Below, piece by piece: positions 36,886 through 50,129 of a stretch of DNA of 64,000 nucleotides; within the stretch, counting starts at the first letter, position 1, and the number at the start of each line of letters is the position of its first letter. A model generated the notes under the pieces. That model searched no databases. It saw nothing but the letters and a program-made list of their open reading frames with translations, and was not told the DNA's origin. The DNA lies in contig CM059452.1 of assembly GCA_030390025.1 (NCBI GenBank), forward strand, positions 10,106,001 through 10,170,000. The letters are read 5' to 3'. Source of the DNA: Squalus acanthias. Taxonomy: Eukaryota. Position numbers and translations under genes: made by a program.

Positions 36886-37560
36886 ACGCTTTGTATGTGC
36901 TATTTTCAGTATTCTTGTTAACCAGATGATAGTTGTGCACTTGGTATCATTAGGAACCAGTGGCAGCCCATCAGGCGTTGCTGTGAGATCACGGTCCCAG
37001 ACTCTGTCCAGCTCTATCAGTGGGTCATGCGAAAGCTAAATAGAAAAGTCTATGTAATATAAAGAGAGACCGGGCCCAGTGTACTATAAACAGCGGCATG
37101 GTATGGTGCAGTATTAAAAAAGACAGGTTCTATTGTAATATAAGCAGAGACATGGTCTACTTCAGTGAAACTGAGACAGGGCCTTGTGTAATATAAATAG
37201 AGACAGGGTCTAGTGCAGTAGTAACTGAGACAGGGTCTAGTGAAATATAAATAGAGACAGGGTCTAGTGCAGTAGTAACTGAGACAGGGTCTAGTGAAAT
37301 ATAAATAGAGACAGGGTCTAGTGTAATATAAACAGAGTCAGGGCCGAGTGTAATATTAACACAGACATTGTCCAGCACTTTCTAACTGTGACATGGCCTA
37401 GTGTAATATAAACAGGGGCATGGTCTAGTGCAGTAATAAATAATATAGGGCCTAATGTTATATAAGCAGAGACATTTTCTATTGTAGTAATAAATGAGAC
37501 GGGGCCTAGTGTAATATGAACAGAGACAGGGTCTCGTGCAGTAATAATTGAGATATTGGT
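33780..37560. repeat. 27-bp minisatellite array split by a CR1 and other sequence
   Basis: tagtgtaatataaacagagacagggtc units at ~33780-34425, 36600-36750 and 37050-37560; degenerate copy at 1820-2000. Confidence 0.88.
34426..36600 (+). mobile_element. CR1 LINE, 5'-truncated, RT frame open for 605 aa
   Basis: ORF 34547-36364 with RT motifs; 3' UTR with (TTCTTATG)n tail. Confidence 0.95.
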
Positions 37561-38004
37561 CAGATCTTTAACCATTGAGTACAGACAGACATTGAGCTGA
37601 TTCATCGAGGAAAGCCTCACTCACCTGCACAGATACATTGCTCAGATGTTTAACCTTTGAGACCAGACAGGCCTTGAACTGCTCTACCGTGTCAGTCCTC
37701 ACTTACCTGCACAGATACATTGCTCAGATATTTAAGCATCAAGAGCAGACAGGGATAGGGCTGATACACCGTGGGGGTCCTCACTCAGCTGCACAGGTAC
37801 GTTGCTGAGATCTTCCTTTCGTTTAATCACTTCCATTGTTCCATTTCTTAATTTTAATCTGCTGTTTGTTTTTCTAATCCTTGTCTGTTTTATATATCTA
37901 TTTATCCCTATCTGTTCTGCTTTTCCTAATGCTCGGTTCTCCCCATCTCCCCCATTTCCTGCAAAACATCCAGATTCCCCCTTTCCCATGTACTCTGGTG
38001 ACAC

Positions 38005-38195
38005 CGTGCAGTCTGTGTGACGTCAGTCTGTGTAACGTGAGTATGCAGTCTGTGTGACGTCAGTCTGCTGTCTGTATGACGTCAGTCTGCATTCTATGTG
38101 TGTGACGTCTGTGTTTGTCGCCAGTCAGTGTGACGTCAGTGTGCAGTCTGTGTGACGTCAGTCTGCACTCTGTGTGACGTCAGTCTGCATTCTGT
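38005..38195. repeat. Tandem repeat rich in TGACGTCA (CRE consensus)
   Basis: gtgtgacgtcagtctgc units; related inverted copy at 55090-55345. Confidence 0.8.
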
Positions 38196-38743
38196 GTGTC
38201 CCGGAATTTCAATTACCGTCAGCCTCTCTCGCTCTGTGTTTGAGTGACGTGGCGTGGGCCACATTTGAGTGACGTACAGTCGGACTTGTTTGGGTGCCGC
38301 ACAGACGGCCTTGTTTGAGTGAGCTATAGTCGGCCATGTTTGAGAGATGTGATGTCGGTGATGTCGGCGATATTTGGGTGACGTTTGAATGTCAGCAACC
38401 TCCTTCTTGGAGCTGATCTGAATATTGATCCATGACTTTAAGGGAAAACAGCTGATCAGAAACTTAAAGGACAGTTTAACCGGTCGGTTCATTCTGTGAT
38501 CGATCTTTCGGGCCGATTTGATTCTGCAGTTTGTTTTTTCGGCCGCTCTTGGAAGCAGCTGGGTGACAGTTTGATCTGAGGTTAATTTGGTTTCCTCTCG
38601 GTGTGTGTTTGAGCGCCTGACAGCGCGCTGCTCATTGTGGCTGCATCTGCCCGCGATTCCACACAACCCCAACAGACAGGAGCTCCGCCCTCCAGTCCAA
38701 TGGCAGTTTTTGTACGGGGGTGAGACTGATTTCCATCACTGTG

Positions 38744-39207
38744 AGTCTCAGGGCGCAGTAATACACGGCAGCGTCAGTCAGCTGCAGCCCGGAGATGGTT
38801 AAACTGGTGAATTTAGTCGAGGTCTGGAGCTCTGCAGAGAAACGGGTTTTAGCAAAATCTGCTTTATCTTCAGCACCGTTCGAGCGTTTCCTCAGTATAT
38901 ACTCGGGCTGTGTGTCTGGGTGTTGCCGGTACCAGTATAAATAATAGTCGCTCCATGTAGTATCATAGGTACAGCTTAAAGTCACCGCTTCTCCTTCTGT
39001 CTTAACTACTGAGGACAGCGGCTGAGTGACAGAATCTCCAAGACTCAGATCTGAAAAACATGTTCAAACAGGAAAAGATCAGACCGGCGGGTGTTTAAAA
39101 TTCAGATTCAAACCATGTTAGAAATGAGAGAAAAGATGAAATGTGTTTGGTCCACAATTACCTGTCAGAAATGCCCCCCACACAGCCCAGATGCTGAGTA
39201 GCCGCAT
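38744..39207 (-). CDS. V segment V14 (family B), apparently intact
   Basis: Leader 39207-39162; V exon 39050-38744 open to DAAVYYCALRL; RSS CACAGTG 38743-38737, 23 bp, ACAAAAACT 38713-38705. Confidence 0.93.
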
Positions 39208-40621
39208 TGTCGCTGTCTGCTCTGTAAAAGGGGGGCTGGATATTTGAAGACACCCGTTCTAAACCCCGCCCTCAATAATCTGCTGTCCTGTCTCAGGATG
39301 CTCTCACCTCACTTCCTGGAGTCCCCAGTGGTGCTGTGAGACCGGTAGGTGGTGAGTTGGATGCCCGTGAATGGAAACACCCCGAGCTGGGCTACAGTCA
39401 GTGTCCTTACAGGGGAATGGTTCCGCTTTTCGAGACCGGGTATGAATGAAACACTTGTATGCTTATTGTAATTTGAAAGCAGTGGGTTTTATGGTTTGGT
39501 TCATTCCGGCGTCAATGCGATCTCTAGAATTCGGTTCGCCTTACCATCAGGACACTGGTAACCGTGACTCCAGTGCGCTTTCCCTCACGGGTCAATGAAC
39601 TCGATATTTCAGCTGAATGATTTGTAGATCCGTGATATTAGAGCGATGATATTTGCTGTTACTGAACAAACAATTGAACAGACTTAAAGAATAAACTCCT
39701 GCTGTAATTTAAACAGGGTTTCGAGAACCGCCCTTTCTGTGGTTTGCATTTAAAATTGGTTTAAATTCTATCTGTTGAGTTCTCCGCTTCTTTGTGCCAG
39801 TTCTTTAAATCTTTCATTCTTTAAAGATTCATAATCTTCAGATGTTGGATTTGCAATGAGAGAGAATGAAGGGAGCGGCGCATCCGCGCTTTTCAACAAT
39901 TTCCCGCTCATCTGCTTAAAGTGCCCAGGAGCAGAGCGCGAGGAGCGGGTTCAAAGGGTGAGGTGTCGGGCGGGACCTCGTTAACAGAAGCTCAACACCA
40001 GCAGGGCGTGAAAAACTCCTTACAACTTTCACTCATAATAGAAAAGGATGAGGCTCAGAGAAATAAACACAATGCAGGCAGTTTCGGTTTGTGTTTCGCC
40101 CCTTTAACATCGATCTCCAGCATCGGTACAGTTAATGGCTTCAGAAATCAGATCTCAGGCTGTGTCTTTCATTCACATTTTAATATTTCTTGCCCCATCT
40201 TCCACACCCTTCCACTCACTGGTCCTGCCCACTGGTTAGTATCAGAAGTCAATGCTTCGCAATGAGCGATGTCTTTTTCTGACGATTATTGCCCGAAGTG
40301 CCGACCCAGCCAATTGTGGCAAATTAATTTCAAATATTAATCATCTTTTGATTCAGAAATTGACACAACTGTTAGAAAAACAGCATTTAACTCGCTGCCC
40401 GGGGTCTGCGTCGAAAATGGAATATTGTGACCTGACGCCCTCTTGTGGATATTCTGAGAACGGTTCAGATGTCGGTGGACAGGGTGAGAAATCCTGTGTT
40501 TTTTCTCTGCCCTGTCTGTAGTTCCTGTTTATGGGAAGCTGGGTTGGAGCGGTTCTGAATTAATATGCGGAGCAGCAGCAAAGGCCTTTCATCGTTAAAC
40601 TAAAGACTGGACGAAGGAGGT

Positions 40622-41585
40622 TAGAGTCATAGAGTCATAGAGTTATACAGCACAGAAAGAGGCCCTTCGGCCCATCGTGTCCGCGCCGGCCATCAAGCCC
40701 TGTCTATTCTAATCCCATTTTCCAGCACTTGGTCCGTAGCCTTGTGTGCTATGGCGTTTCAAGTGTTAATCTAAATGCTTCTTGAATGTTGTGAGGGTTC
40801 CTGCCTCTACCACCCTTTCAGACAGTGAGTTCCAGATTCCAACCACCTTCTGGGTGAAAAAGATTTTCCTCAAATCCCCTCTAAACCCCCTGCCCCTTAA
40901 CTTGAAACTATGCCCCCTGGTTATTGACCCCTCTACTAAGGGGAAAAGTTCCTTCCTATCTACCCTATCTATGCCCTCATAATTTTGTACACCTCAATCA
41001 GGTCCCCCCTCAGCCTTCTCTGCTCTAAGGAAAACAACCCCAGCCTGTCCAGTCTCTCTTCATAGCTGAAGCGCTCCAGCCCAGGTAATATCCTGGTGAA
41101 TCTCCTCTGCACCCTCTCCAATGCAATCACATCCTTCCTATAGTGTGGCGACCAGAACTGCACACAGTATTCCAGCTGTGGCCTAACTAGCGTTTTGTAC
41201 AGCTCCATCATAACCTCCCTGCTCTTATATTTTATGATGCGGAGATGCCGATGTTGGACTGGGGTGGACAAAATTGAGAGGTCGCACAACACCAGGTTAT
41301 AGTCCAAGTGATTTCAAATAAAACTGTTGGACTATAACCTTATATTTTATGCCTCGGCTAATAAAGGTAAGTATCCCATTTGCCTTTTTAACCACCTTAT
41401 CTACCTGTCCTGCTGCCTTCAGGGATCTATGTACATGCACACCAAGGTCCCTCTGATCCTCTGTCCTTCCTAGGGTCCTACCATTCATTGTGTATCCCCT
41501 TGCCTTGTTAGTCCTCCCAAAATGCATCACCTCACACTTTTCAGGATTAAATTCCATTTGCCACTGTTCTGCCCATCTGACCAAC
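40622..41585 (-). mobile_element. CR1 3' fragment containing a small secondary insertion
   Basis: WQMEFNPEKC, LVRPQLEYCVQFW motifs; short tandem tail. Confidence 0.9.
41237..41338. mobile_element. Short retro-insertion (Penelope-like terminal fragment) with 13-bp TSD
   Basis: TSD cttatattttatg at 41224-41236 and 41339-41351; internal inverted repeat aggttatagtccaa/ttggactataacct; family assignment is from recognition only. Confidence 0.55.
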
Positions 41586-41683
41586 CCAGGGACAGGCAGG
41601 CACGGAAAGAGCATCGAAAGACAAAAGGTGAGTAAGGCACCACAGATACATTTGCGACATGTATTTTTATTATTAATACACAG

Positions 41684-42040
41684 GAACATAAGAACATAGG
41701 AACAGGAATAGGCCATACAGCACCTCGAGCCTGTTCCGCCATTCAATGAGATCATGGTTGATCTCTGACCTAACTTCATATACTCACCTTTGCCCCATAT
41801 AACTGAATACCTTTGATTAACAAAAATCTCTCAATCTCAGATTTAAAATTAACAATTGACCCAGCATCAATTACCGTTTGCCGAAGACTGTGCCAAACTT
41901 CCACCACCCTTTGTGTGTAGAAATGTTTCCTAACTTCACTTCTGAATGTCTGTCTCTAATTTTTAGACACTGCAACCTAGTCCTACAATCCCCAAACAGC
42001 GGAAATAGTTTCTCTCTATCTACCCTATCTGTTCCCCAAT
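41684..42040 (-). mobile_element. CR1 3' fragment
   Basis: DRVDREKLFPL and CR1 3' UTR. Confidence 0.85.
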
Positions 42041-42195
42041 ATGAGCTGTAATCAACAACCAATATAATTCCGCAAATGGATCTCACCTGTTGTTGTTAAG
42101 TGTGGTGGTTTTTGCCATTTTAAGGAGGACCCTGTGACTCTCACTGTGGAGGCTGAATTATCGCTTCCGTTTATCGTTGTGAGAGCGCCCTCTGG

Positions 42196-43405
42196 TGATA
42201 AAGGGGAACCAGTGGATGTAGTATATTTGGATTTCCAAAATGCATTCGATAAGGTACAACATAAAAGGTTATTACACAAGATTAGGGCTCATGGGATTGG
42301 GGTTAATATAGTAGCATGGGTAGAGGATTGGTTAACGGACAGAAAACAGAGAGTAGGGATAAACGGATTTTTTTCAGTTTGGCAGACTGTAACTAGTGGG
42401 GTGCCGCAATGATCAGTGTTGGGGCCTCAGCTATTTACAATCTATATTAATGACCTAGATGAAGGGACCGAGTGTAATCTTTCCAAATTTGCTGACGATA
42501 CAAAGCTAGGTGGGACTGTAAGCTGTGAGGAGAACACAAAGAGTCTGCAAAGGGATATAGATAGACTAAGCGAGTGGGCAGTAAGGTGGCAGATGGAGTA
42601 TAATGTAGGGAAATGTGAGGTTATTCACTTTGGTAGGAAGAATAGAAAAACAGAATATTTTTAAATGGTGAGAAACTTTCAAATGTCGGTGTTCAGAGAG
42701 ATTTGGGTGTCCTAGTGCAAGAAGCTAGCATGAAGGTACAGCAAGAAATAAGGAATGCAAATGGCTTGTTGGCTTTATTGCAAGGGGGTTGGAGTATAAG
42801 AGTAAGGAAGTCTTGCGACAATTGTACAGGGCATTGGTGAGACCACACCTGGAGTACTGTGCACAGTTTTGGTCTGCATTCTAAGGATGGATGTACTTGC
42901 CTTGGAGGTGGTGCAACGAAGGTTCACTAGATTGATTCCTGGAATGAGAGGGCTGTCCTATGATGAGAGATTGTATAGAATGGGCCTATATTCCCTGGAG
43001 TTTAGAAGAATGAGAGGTGATCTCATTGAAACATACAATATTCTGAAGGGGATTGACAGGGTAGATGCTGAGAGGTTGTTTCCCCTGGCTGGAGTATCTA
43101 GAACTAGGGGGCATAGTCTCAGGATATGGGGTAGGCCATTTAAGACCGAGATGAAAGGGAATTTCTTCACTCAGAGGGTTGTGAATCTTTGGAATTCTCT
43201 GCCCCAGAGGGCTGTGAATGCTAAATCTTTGAGTAAATTCAAGGCTGAGATAGATAGATTTTTGGACTCTAGGGGAATCAAGGGATATGGAGATCGGGCG
43301 GGAAAGTAGAGTTGTGGTCGATGATCAGCCATGATCTTATTGAATAGCGGAGCAGGCTCGAGGGGCCGTATGGCCTCCTCCTGCTCCTATTTCTTATGTT
43401 GTTAT
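42196..43405 (+). mobile_element. CR1 LINE fragment inserted in the 3' flank of V15
   Basis: Broken RT ORFs 42134-43309; host flank gccctctggtga|...|gcactaactgg is contiguous in paralogs. Confidence 0.93.
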
Positions 43406-43471
43406 GAGCACTAACTGGAAGTCTCAGTGTAGGTTTTTGACCGGGATCCGCTATATCTGTGCAGCAGAGTG

Positions 43472-44736
43472 GGGCTCATGGCACAGAAATACACGGCGGT
43501 GTCGGAGATCAGGGTGTTGCTGATCGTTTGCTCGGTAATCTTGATAGTTGTATTAAACGTAGAAGAGAATCGGTCACTGAAGTCGGGGTTCCGGGTTACT
43601 CTCAATACAATAACATAAAACACGTACTGTGGAGGCTGCCTGGGGTGCTGACTGCACCAGTACATATAAGGGTTAGGGCAGCTTGTTTTCAAGGTACAGG
43701 TTAGAGTGACATTACTTTCCTTTTCAACTGTCATTTCAGGAACCGGCTGTATTACTGTGTCTTGGTGGCTCCATTCTAAAATAAAATAATAGTAATAGTC
43801 ATCATCTTATCACCATCATCTCAATAAACATAGGCCCAGAAATTCGTCCGAATACGGGAGAGTACGCACTGTGTACTCAGCCATATTCGGTCCCGAAGTG
43901 CCGGTTTCCTGCATGCACTGCGCATGCGCGGGAAACCGGCACTTCCGATATTGCGAACGGGGCGGTTCCTAAGTGAACCGCGTGCGCACTACAGGTTGCG
44001 CGCACGCAGCACACTTAGTTTTTTTTTCAGGTTTGAACGCGCAGGTAAGTGTTGAAGATTTTACACATGAAGAAAGCAGGCGTAAGACCCCCTTTTAACA
44101 AGGTAAGTAGTTAATTAAGTATTATTTTAATTTTTTTTCAACAGGTTTATCTTTTTTAGAGACTTTAAAGAAAGGTAAGTATATATTTATAACTTTTAAA
44201 AAGAAATTAAATTTTTTCAAAAATTTTAATTTTTGTTTAAAGTGGTTAATTTATTTAACTATAGTTATTTTATTAATGTGATGGCTTTTTTTAATTTAAT
44301 TGAGGTTTAGCTGTTCTTTTGGGGGCCTGTTGTATTCATAGTTTTGACAGCTCTTCCTGTCAAAACTATGAATGAAAGATGGTGTGCTGCCATTAGCTCT
44401 AACTGGCCCACGTGATCCCAGAGGTCGCATCGAACTAACTGCGCCTCAGGGACACGCACACACTGCGCGCCGGCACCAGGTACAGGCCCAGGACCAGAAG
44501 TTCGTGTGGGCCAAAACCATAAAGGCAGGCGCGGAGTGCGATATCGCGGGGGATCCTTACCCCCGCGGCAACCATCGAAGTCCAATTTCTGGGCCACTAT
44601 CTTCATCATCATCATCATTTCATCAATAATAACATCTGGGTTACAGCAGTCAGAGGGAGAATGGATTTTTACTGTGGAGGAAATACTTACTGAGAAGTGA
44701 TATAATGATGAGGAGCGGTGCGAGACGGTTCCACAT
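43472..44736 (-). CDS. V segment V15 (family D): open frame, atypical RSS, MITE in intron
   Basis: Leader 44736-44691; V exon 43775-43472 open, with WCSQ and an extra CDR1 Cys; RSS CACTCTG 43471-43465, 24 bp, TCAAAAACC 43440-43432. Confidence 0.78.
43833..44595. mobile_element. Non-autonomous DNA transposon (MITE, possibly PIF/Harbinger-like)
   Basis: Terminal inverted repeats GGCCCAGAAATT...AATTTCTGGGCC; absent from the paralogous introns of V10 and V22. Confidence 0.75.
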
Positions 44737-45129
44737 GATGCTCCCTGAGTCTGTAACTCTGTGGTCCGGGAAATCCTCTGTCGGAGCAGAAATACAGATC
44801 CCCTTCCCACTGCACTGCTGATCCAACCAGTGCCAAACAGGCAACAGCGGCAGCAATCTCTCCAATAACAAAGTGCAGACAAGGCGGGTCAGAGTGAAAG
44901 CAGCAAACGGAAGCTGTGGGCAAGGCTGCCGCGGGCAGTGTTATCACACGGTAGGTCCACCTGTGAGGAACTGAACTCAATAATAATGTCTTCTTCGGAA
45001 ATTATATAACTCTGCCTCTCTATGAGGGCTGTGTCCCTTTCACATTCGTTACAAATTCGGAGCAAACAGACTCGCGATAGGAATTGCAGATTATTATATT
45101 GTTCAATAGTTAACGAAGTCTTCAACAGT

Positions 45130-46080
45130 GAAGTGGGTGTACCGGGCACAATTTCATAATTTGCAAATGACACAAAACTTGGAAGTATAGTAAACAGTGA
45201 GGAGGATTATGATAGACTTCAGTAAGGCATAGACAGACTGGTGAAATGGGCGGACACGTGGCAGATGAAATTTAATGCAGAAATTGCGAAGTGATACATT
45301 TTCGTAGGAAGTACGAGGAGAGGCAATATAAATAAAAGTATACAATCCTAAAGTGGGTGCATGAATAGAGAGACCTGGGGGTATTTATGCACAAATCATT
45401 GAAGGTGGCAGGGCAGGTTGAGAAAGCGGTTAAAAAAGCATACGGGATCCTGGGCTTTATAAATAGAGGCATAGAGTCCAAAAGCAAGGAAGTTATGATG
45501 AACCTTTATATAACACTGTTTCGGCCTCAACTGGAGCATTGTGTCCGATTCTGGGCACCGCACATTAGAAATGATGGTAAGGCCTTAGAGATGGTGCAGA
45601 AAAGATTTACGAGAATGATTCCAGGGATGAGGGACTTCAGTTACGTGGATAGACTGGAGAAGCTGGGGTTGTTCTCCTTAGAGCACAGAAGAGTGAGAGG
45701 AGATTTTATAGAGGCGTTCAAAATCATGAGGGGTCTCGAGAGAGTAGATAGAGAGAAACTGTTCCCATTGGTGGAAGGGTCGAGAACCAGAGGTCACAGA
45801 TTTATGGTGTTTGGCAAAAGAACCAAAGGCGACATGAGGAAAAACTTTTTTACGTAGCGAGTGGTTAGGATCTGGAATGTACTGCCTGAAAGGGTGGTGG
45901 AGGCAGACTGAATCGTGGTTTTCAAAAGGGAATTGGATAAGTAGCTGAAGGAAAGAATTGCAGGGCTACGGGGAAAGGGCGGGGGAGTGGGACTAGCTGA
46001 ATTGCTCTTGCAGAGAACCGGCACGGGCTCGACGGGCCGAATGACCTCCTTCTGTGCTGTAACCATTCCATGAATCTATG
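45130..46080 (+). mobile_element. CR1 fragment
   Basis: ORF 45387-45857 is the RT C-terminal region; 3' UTR follows. Confidence 0.9.
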
Positions 46081-46202
46081 AACCGGAGGCTGAAACTAGC
46101 CTTGGGAATTAGAACAAAATGGCAACTGGTCCAAAGGTTCTGGAAAGGCACATCTCGTTTCCACTTAACTAAATTCCGAAATTATGAAACTGTAAATGAA
46201 TG

Positions 46203-47450
46203 TCATAGAAACATAGAAACATAGAAATTAGGAGCAGGAGTAGGCCATTCGGCCCCTCGAGCCTACTAGGCCATTTAATGAGATCATGGCTGATCATCCA
46301 AATTCAGTACCCTGTCCCTGCTTTCTCCCCATATCCCTTGATCCCTTTAGCCTTAAGATATATATGTAACTCCTTCTTGAATATATTTAATGCATTGGCC
46401 TCAACTGCCTTCTGTGGTAGAGAATTCCACAGGTTCACCACTCTCTGGGTGAAGAAATTCCTCCTCATCTCAGTCCTAAATGGCTTACCCCTTATCCTTA
46501 CACTGTGACCCCTGGTTCTGGACTCCCCCGCCATCGGGAACATCCTTCCTGCATCTAGCCTGTCTAGTCCTGTTAGAATTTTATAAGTTTCAATGAGATC
46601 CCCTCTCATTCTTCTAAACTCGAGCGAATACAAGGCCAATCGTCCCAATCTCTCTTCATACGTCATTCCTGCCATCCCAGGTGTCAGTCTGGTGAATCTT
46701 CGCTGCACTCCCTCCATGGCAAGAACATCCTTCCTCAGATAAGGCGACCAAAACTGCACACAATACTCAAGGTGTGGTCTCACCAAGGCCCTGTTCAACT
46801 GCAGCAAGACATCCTTGCTCCTGTACGCGAATCCTCTCGCTATGAAGGCCAACATACCATTTGCCTTCTTAACCGCCTGCTGCACCTGCATGCTTACCTT
46901 CAACGACTGGTGCACAAGGACTCCCAGGTCTCGTTGTACTTCCCCTTTTGCCAATCTATTGCCGTTCAGATAATAATCTGCCTTCCTGTTTTTGCCACCA
47001 AAGTGGATAACCTCGCATTATACTGCATCTGCCACGCATCTGCCCAATCACCCAACTTGTCCAAATCATACTGGAGTTTCTCTGCATCCTCCTCACAACA
47101 CACGTGCCCACCCAGCTTTATTTCGTCTGCAAACTTGGAGATATTACATCTAGTTCCCTCGTCTAGATCATTGATATATATTGTGAATAACTGGGCTCCT
47201 AGCACCGATCCCTGCGGTACCCCACTAGTCACTGCCTGCCACTCGGAAAAAGACCCGTTTATTCCAACTCTTTGCTTCCTGCCTGCCAACCAGTTCTCTA
47301 TCCAAGTCAGTACTTTACACCCAATCCCATGTGCTTTAACTTTGCACGCCAATCTCTTATGCGGGACCTTATCGAAAGCCTTCTGAAAGTCCAAATACTC
47401 CACATCCACTGGTTCTCCCTTATCTATTCTACCAGTTACATCCTCAAAAA
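46203..47450 (-). mobile_element. CR1 fragment
   Basis: ORFs 46966-47496 and 46304-46954 with RT motifs. Confidence 0.92.
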
Positions 47451-47669
47451 TGTCAAACATTAATGAGCATAAATGTGAGATAAAAAGCAATTTCACGTTA
47501 CTTTATGTTGAGAAAGTGTCAGTCAATATTGGTTGATGTAAGGTGACCGGCGGTGGGAATCCGCCCTCTGTCAGCGCCACCTAGTGGCTGGGTTTAAAGT
47601 ATCTCCTTTGAGCTGATCTCACAGAACACGGTTTGTGTTCGAGGTGTCCAGAGGCCCCTTCTCACTGTG

Positions 47670-48261
47670 GGCCTCAGTGCACAGTAGTACACGGCGCTGT
47701 CAGCGAGTTGCATCTCAGTCAAGTTGAAAACAGCGATATTTCTGGACTTTTCCAGAATGACAGAGAAACGACCGTTAATTTCGCCCTTTCCAAAGGAATG
47801 TGCCTGAATTACAAAAGTCGGAGCCTTTTTCTGGCTCTGACGGTAAAGCTGCAGGGAATAGCTCACTTCTGAAATTGAATAGTTACAATTAATTCTCATC
47901 GACGTTCCTTCCGGATATTGGGCTTCTGTTGGCCACTGATCGACGGAGTCTCCAGAACTCATCCTGCAGAAAACATTCCTGGTTACCGATGGAAACAGAG
48001 AGGAACACAGATCACACGTTTCTCATTCTTTAAGAATATATCTGTCTAACTCTCTGTGTATACACAGGGAGACAAAGAGACAGGAAGCGATAGCATTAGA
48101 ATAATGGATAGACAGTGATAGATACACAGGTTGATAAAGAGAGAGATAGACAGAGGCATAGAGACGGACAGAAAGACAGAAAGACAGGCAGAGTGACAGA
48201 CATAGAGACAGAGGGACCAACAGTAAAGCAGGCAGATAGACAGACAGTCAGATAGACGGAC

Positions 48262-48298
<37 letters not shown>

Positions 48299-48557
48299 TA
48301 GCGAGACAGACAGGCAGACAGACAGACAATTCGATAAACAGGTGGATAGACCTAGAGATCGATGAGAGAGAGGGAGACCGAGAGAGAGAGAGAGAGACGC
48401 AAAGAGACAGAGAGAGAGAACGAGGCAGACCTAGAGATCGATGAATTGAAGACAGTTGTGTTAATAGTGGAATGGACAGACAGATGCATCAATAAATAAA
48501 CCAACCGAATAACAACGGAGGAAAGGACCAAATAACGAAAAGCCCAAACTCCCTAAT
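47670..48557 (-). pseudogene. V segment V16 (family F), probable pseudogene
   Basis: Putative leader 48557-48506 begins ATT rather than ATG; V exon 47963-47670 has a 1-nt phase defect and W>L (LQLYRQ); RSS CACAGTG 47669-47663, 24 bp, ACACAAACC 47638-47630; GACA repeat in intron. Confidence 0.78.
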
Positions 48558-49656
48558 GGCCGCAGTCTCCCCACACCGGGAGCCCGCACTTCACCCGGTG
48601 CCTCCTCTCAGCTGCAGCTTTCGAACTGAAGGGGAGAATTTGAAATGTTTCCGTCAGCACACGGAGTCCCCGTCATTTCCTGAATCAAACCAAGAGCCTG
48701 GTTTCAATGAGCTGCCGGTGATCATTGTCCCTCTCTGTGTTCATTATCACAGCCCGCGGTCCTGGCGCACAGGCTCCGTGAGCTGTTCTGCTTTGTCCCG
48801 TACATCTTATCATCCGATCCCGGGAATGGGTGAGGATTCTGTCTGACCGTTACCGGTGTTTTGAAATTGATGCACATGGTTAACGAGGAATCGATTTTCG
48901 GGTTTTCTTGTTGATGGAATATATTCCATTAGATAGAAATGAAAACCTGACACGATGTTGTCGGAATTCCCATTAACGCCAGTTTAATCTCGAACATTTT
49001 TGTCTGTATTTGTGTTTGTTTATCTGAGCAGATCGATATATGCATTTCTCTGTTTGTTTCCAGTGCTCCTAGTCAGGCTTGTAGTGGACACAGGAGGGCG
49101 CTCTCTGATCACTTGTGCAGATCATTCGTCTGAAACAACTTTCAGCTGAATATGCATCAATACCTCCACGCAGATCCACCAGTTGTGTGTAGCGGGGTTT
49201 GCTTTGGCGCGTGGGTGCATGTATATGTCTGTGTTTAGGTCTGTATGTATGTGTCTGTGTTTGTGTATAAATATCTATGAGCGCGTGTCTGTGTGTAGGT
49301 CATTGTTTGTGTATGTGCCTATGTGCATGCATATGTCTGTGTGTGTGTGTTTGTGTGTGTGTATGTCAGTGTGTATGTGTATGTGTGTGTGTGTATGCAT
49401 GTGTCAGTGTTTCTGTTTCTAATACACTGTGTTTCTAATACGTGAAGCTTGTACTGTCCACAGGAGGGCGCTCTCTGATCACTTGCTAAAGGACATGATC
49501 CCCAACTACAGGAAGTGGCTGTATCGAGGGATACAAATGGCGGGGAGAAGAAATCCCAGCAGATCTGATGAGATCATCGCGCTGTTTCAGTTCCTCCCAT
49601 TCCAGGCCTGGTACGTGCAGTGATCACAGTCTGTTTCTGGAGTTCAGACTGAAACC

Positions 49657-50129
49657 ATGGAGGTGAAACGTTGCCTGACTTTGGTTATTGTCTTGATCAC
49701 AGGTCTGTGATATTAGAATCTTCCTACAATATTCCCCAATCCTCATACGATTTCCTATCTTCATCTCCGGGTGATTATTTCTCGGTCTAACCCGCTGCGT
49801 GTCCGCTGTTTATTTTCGGAGATGAGTAACAGAGACTCGATGTTCCAGTCAGAGCAAGGACTCCGATAAGAAGATGGTGCAGATGCAGCAATAACCTGCA
49901 GTTAAACTGTATCGGGTTCAGCTACAAACTATGGCCTGTTCTGGTATCGCCAGTGTCCTCACAAAACCCCTCAGTATCTGCTCAGAGCCGATAGTTATGG
50001 GAATAACGAGACAGCTCCGGGTTTTGAACACTTCAGCGGAAATCTCAACCAGACACAAGGCACTTTTCACTTATCCATGAAAGGCTTGAAGGCCACAGAC
50101 AGCGCCGTGTATTACTGTGCCCTGAGACC
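49657..50129 (+). pseudogene. V segment V17 (family G) pseudogene
   Basis: Leader 49657-49702; acceptor CAG>CGG; TAA stops in FR1; ends DSAVYYCALRP; CACAGTG 50130-50136 with degenerate nonamer ATAAAAACA. Confidence 0.88.

Noticed and set aside
48023-48430. Cys/Val/Ser-rich ORFs over GACA/TG repeats (also 9885-10073, 36599-36940, 49183-49422)
   Set aside because: Microsatellite translations
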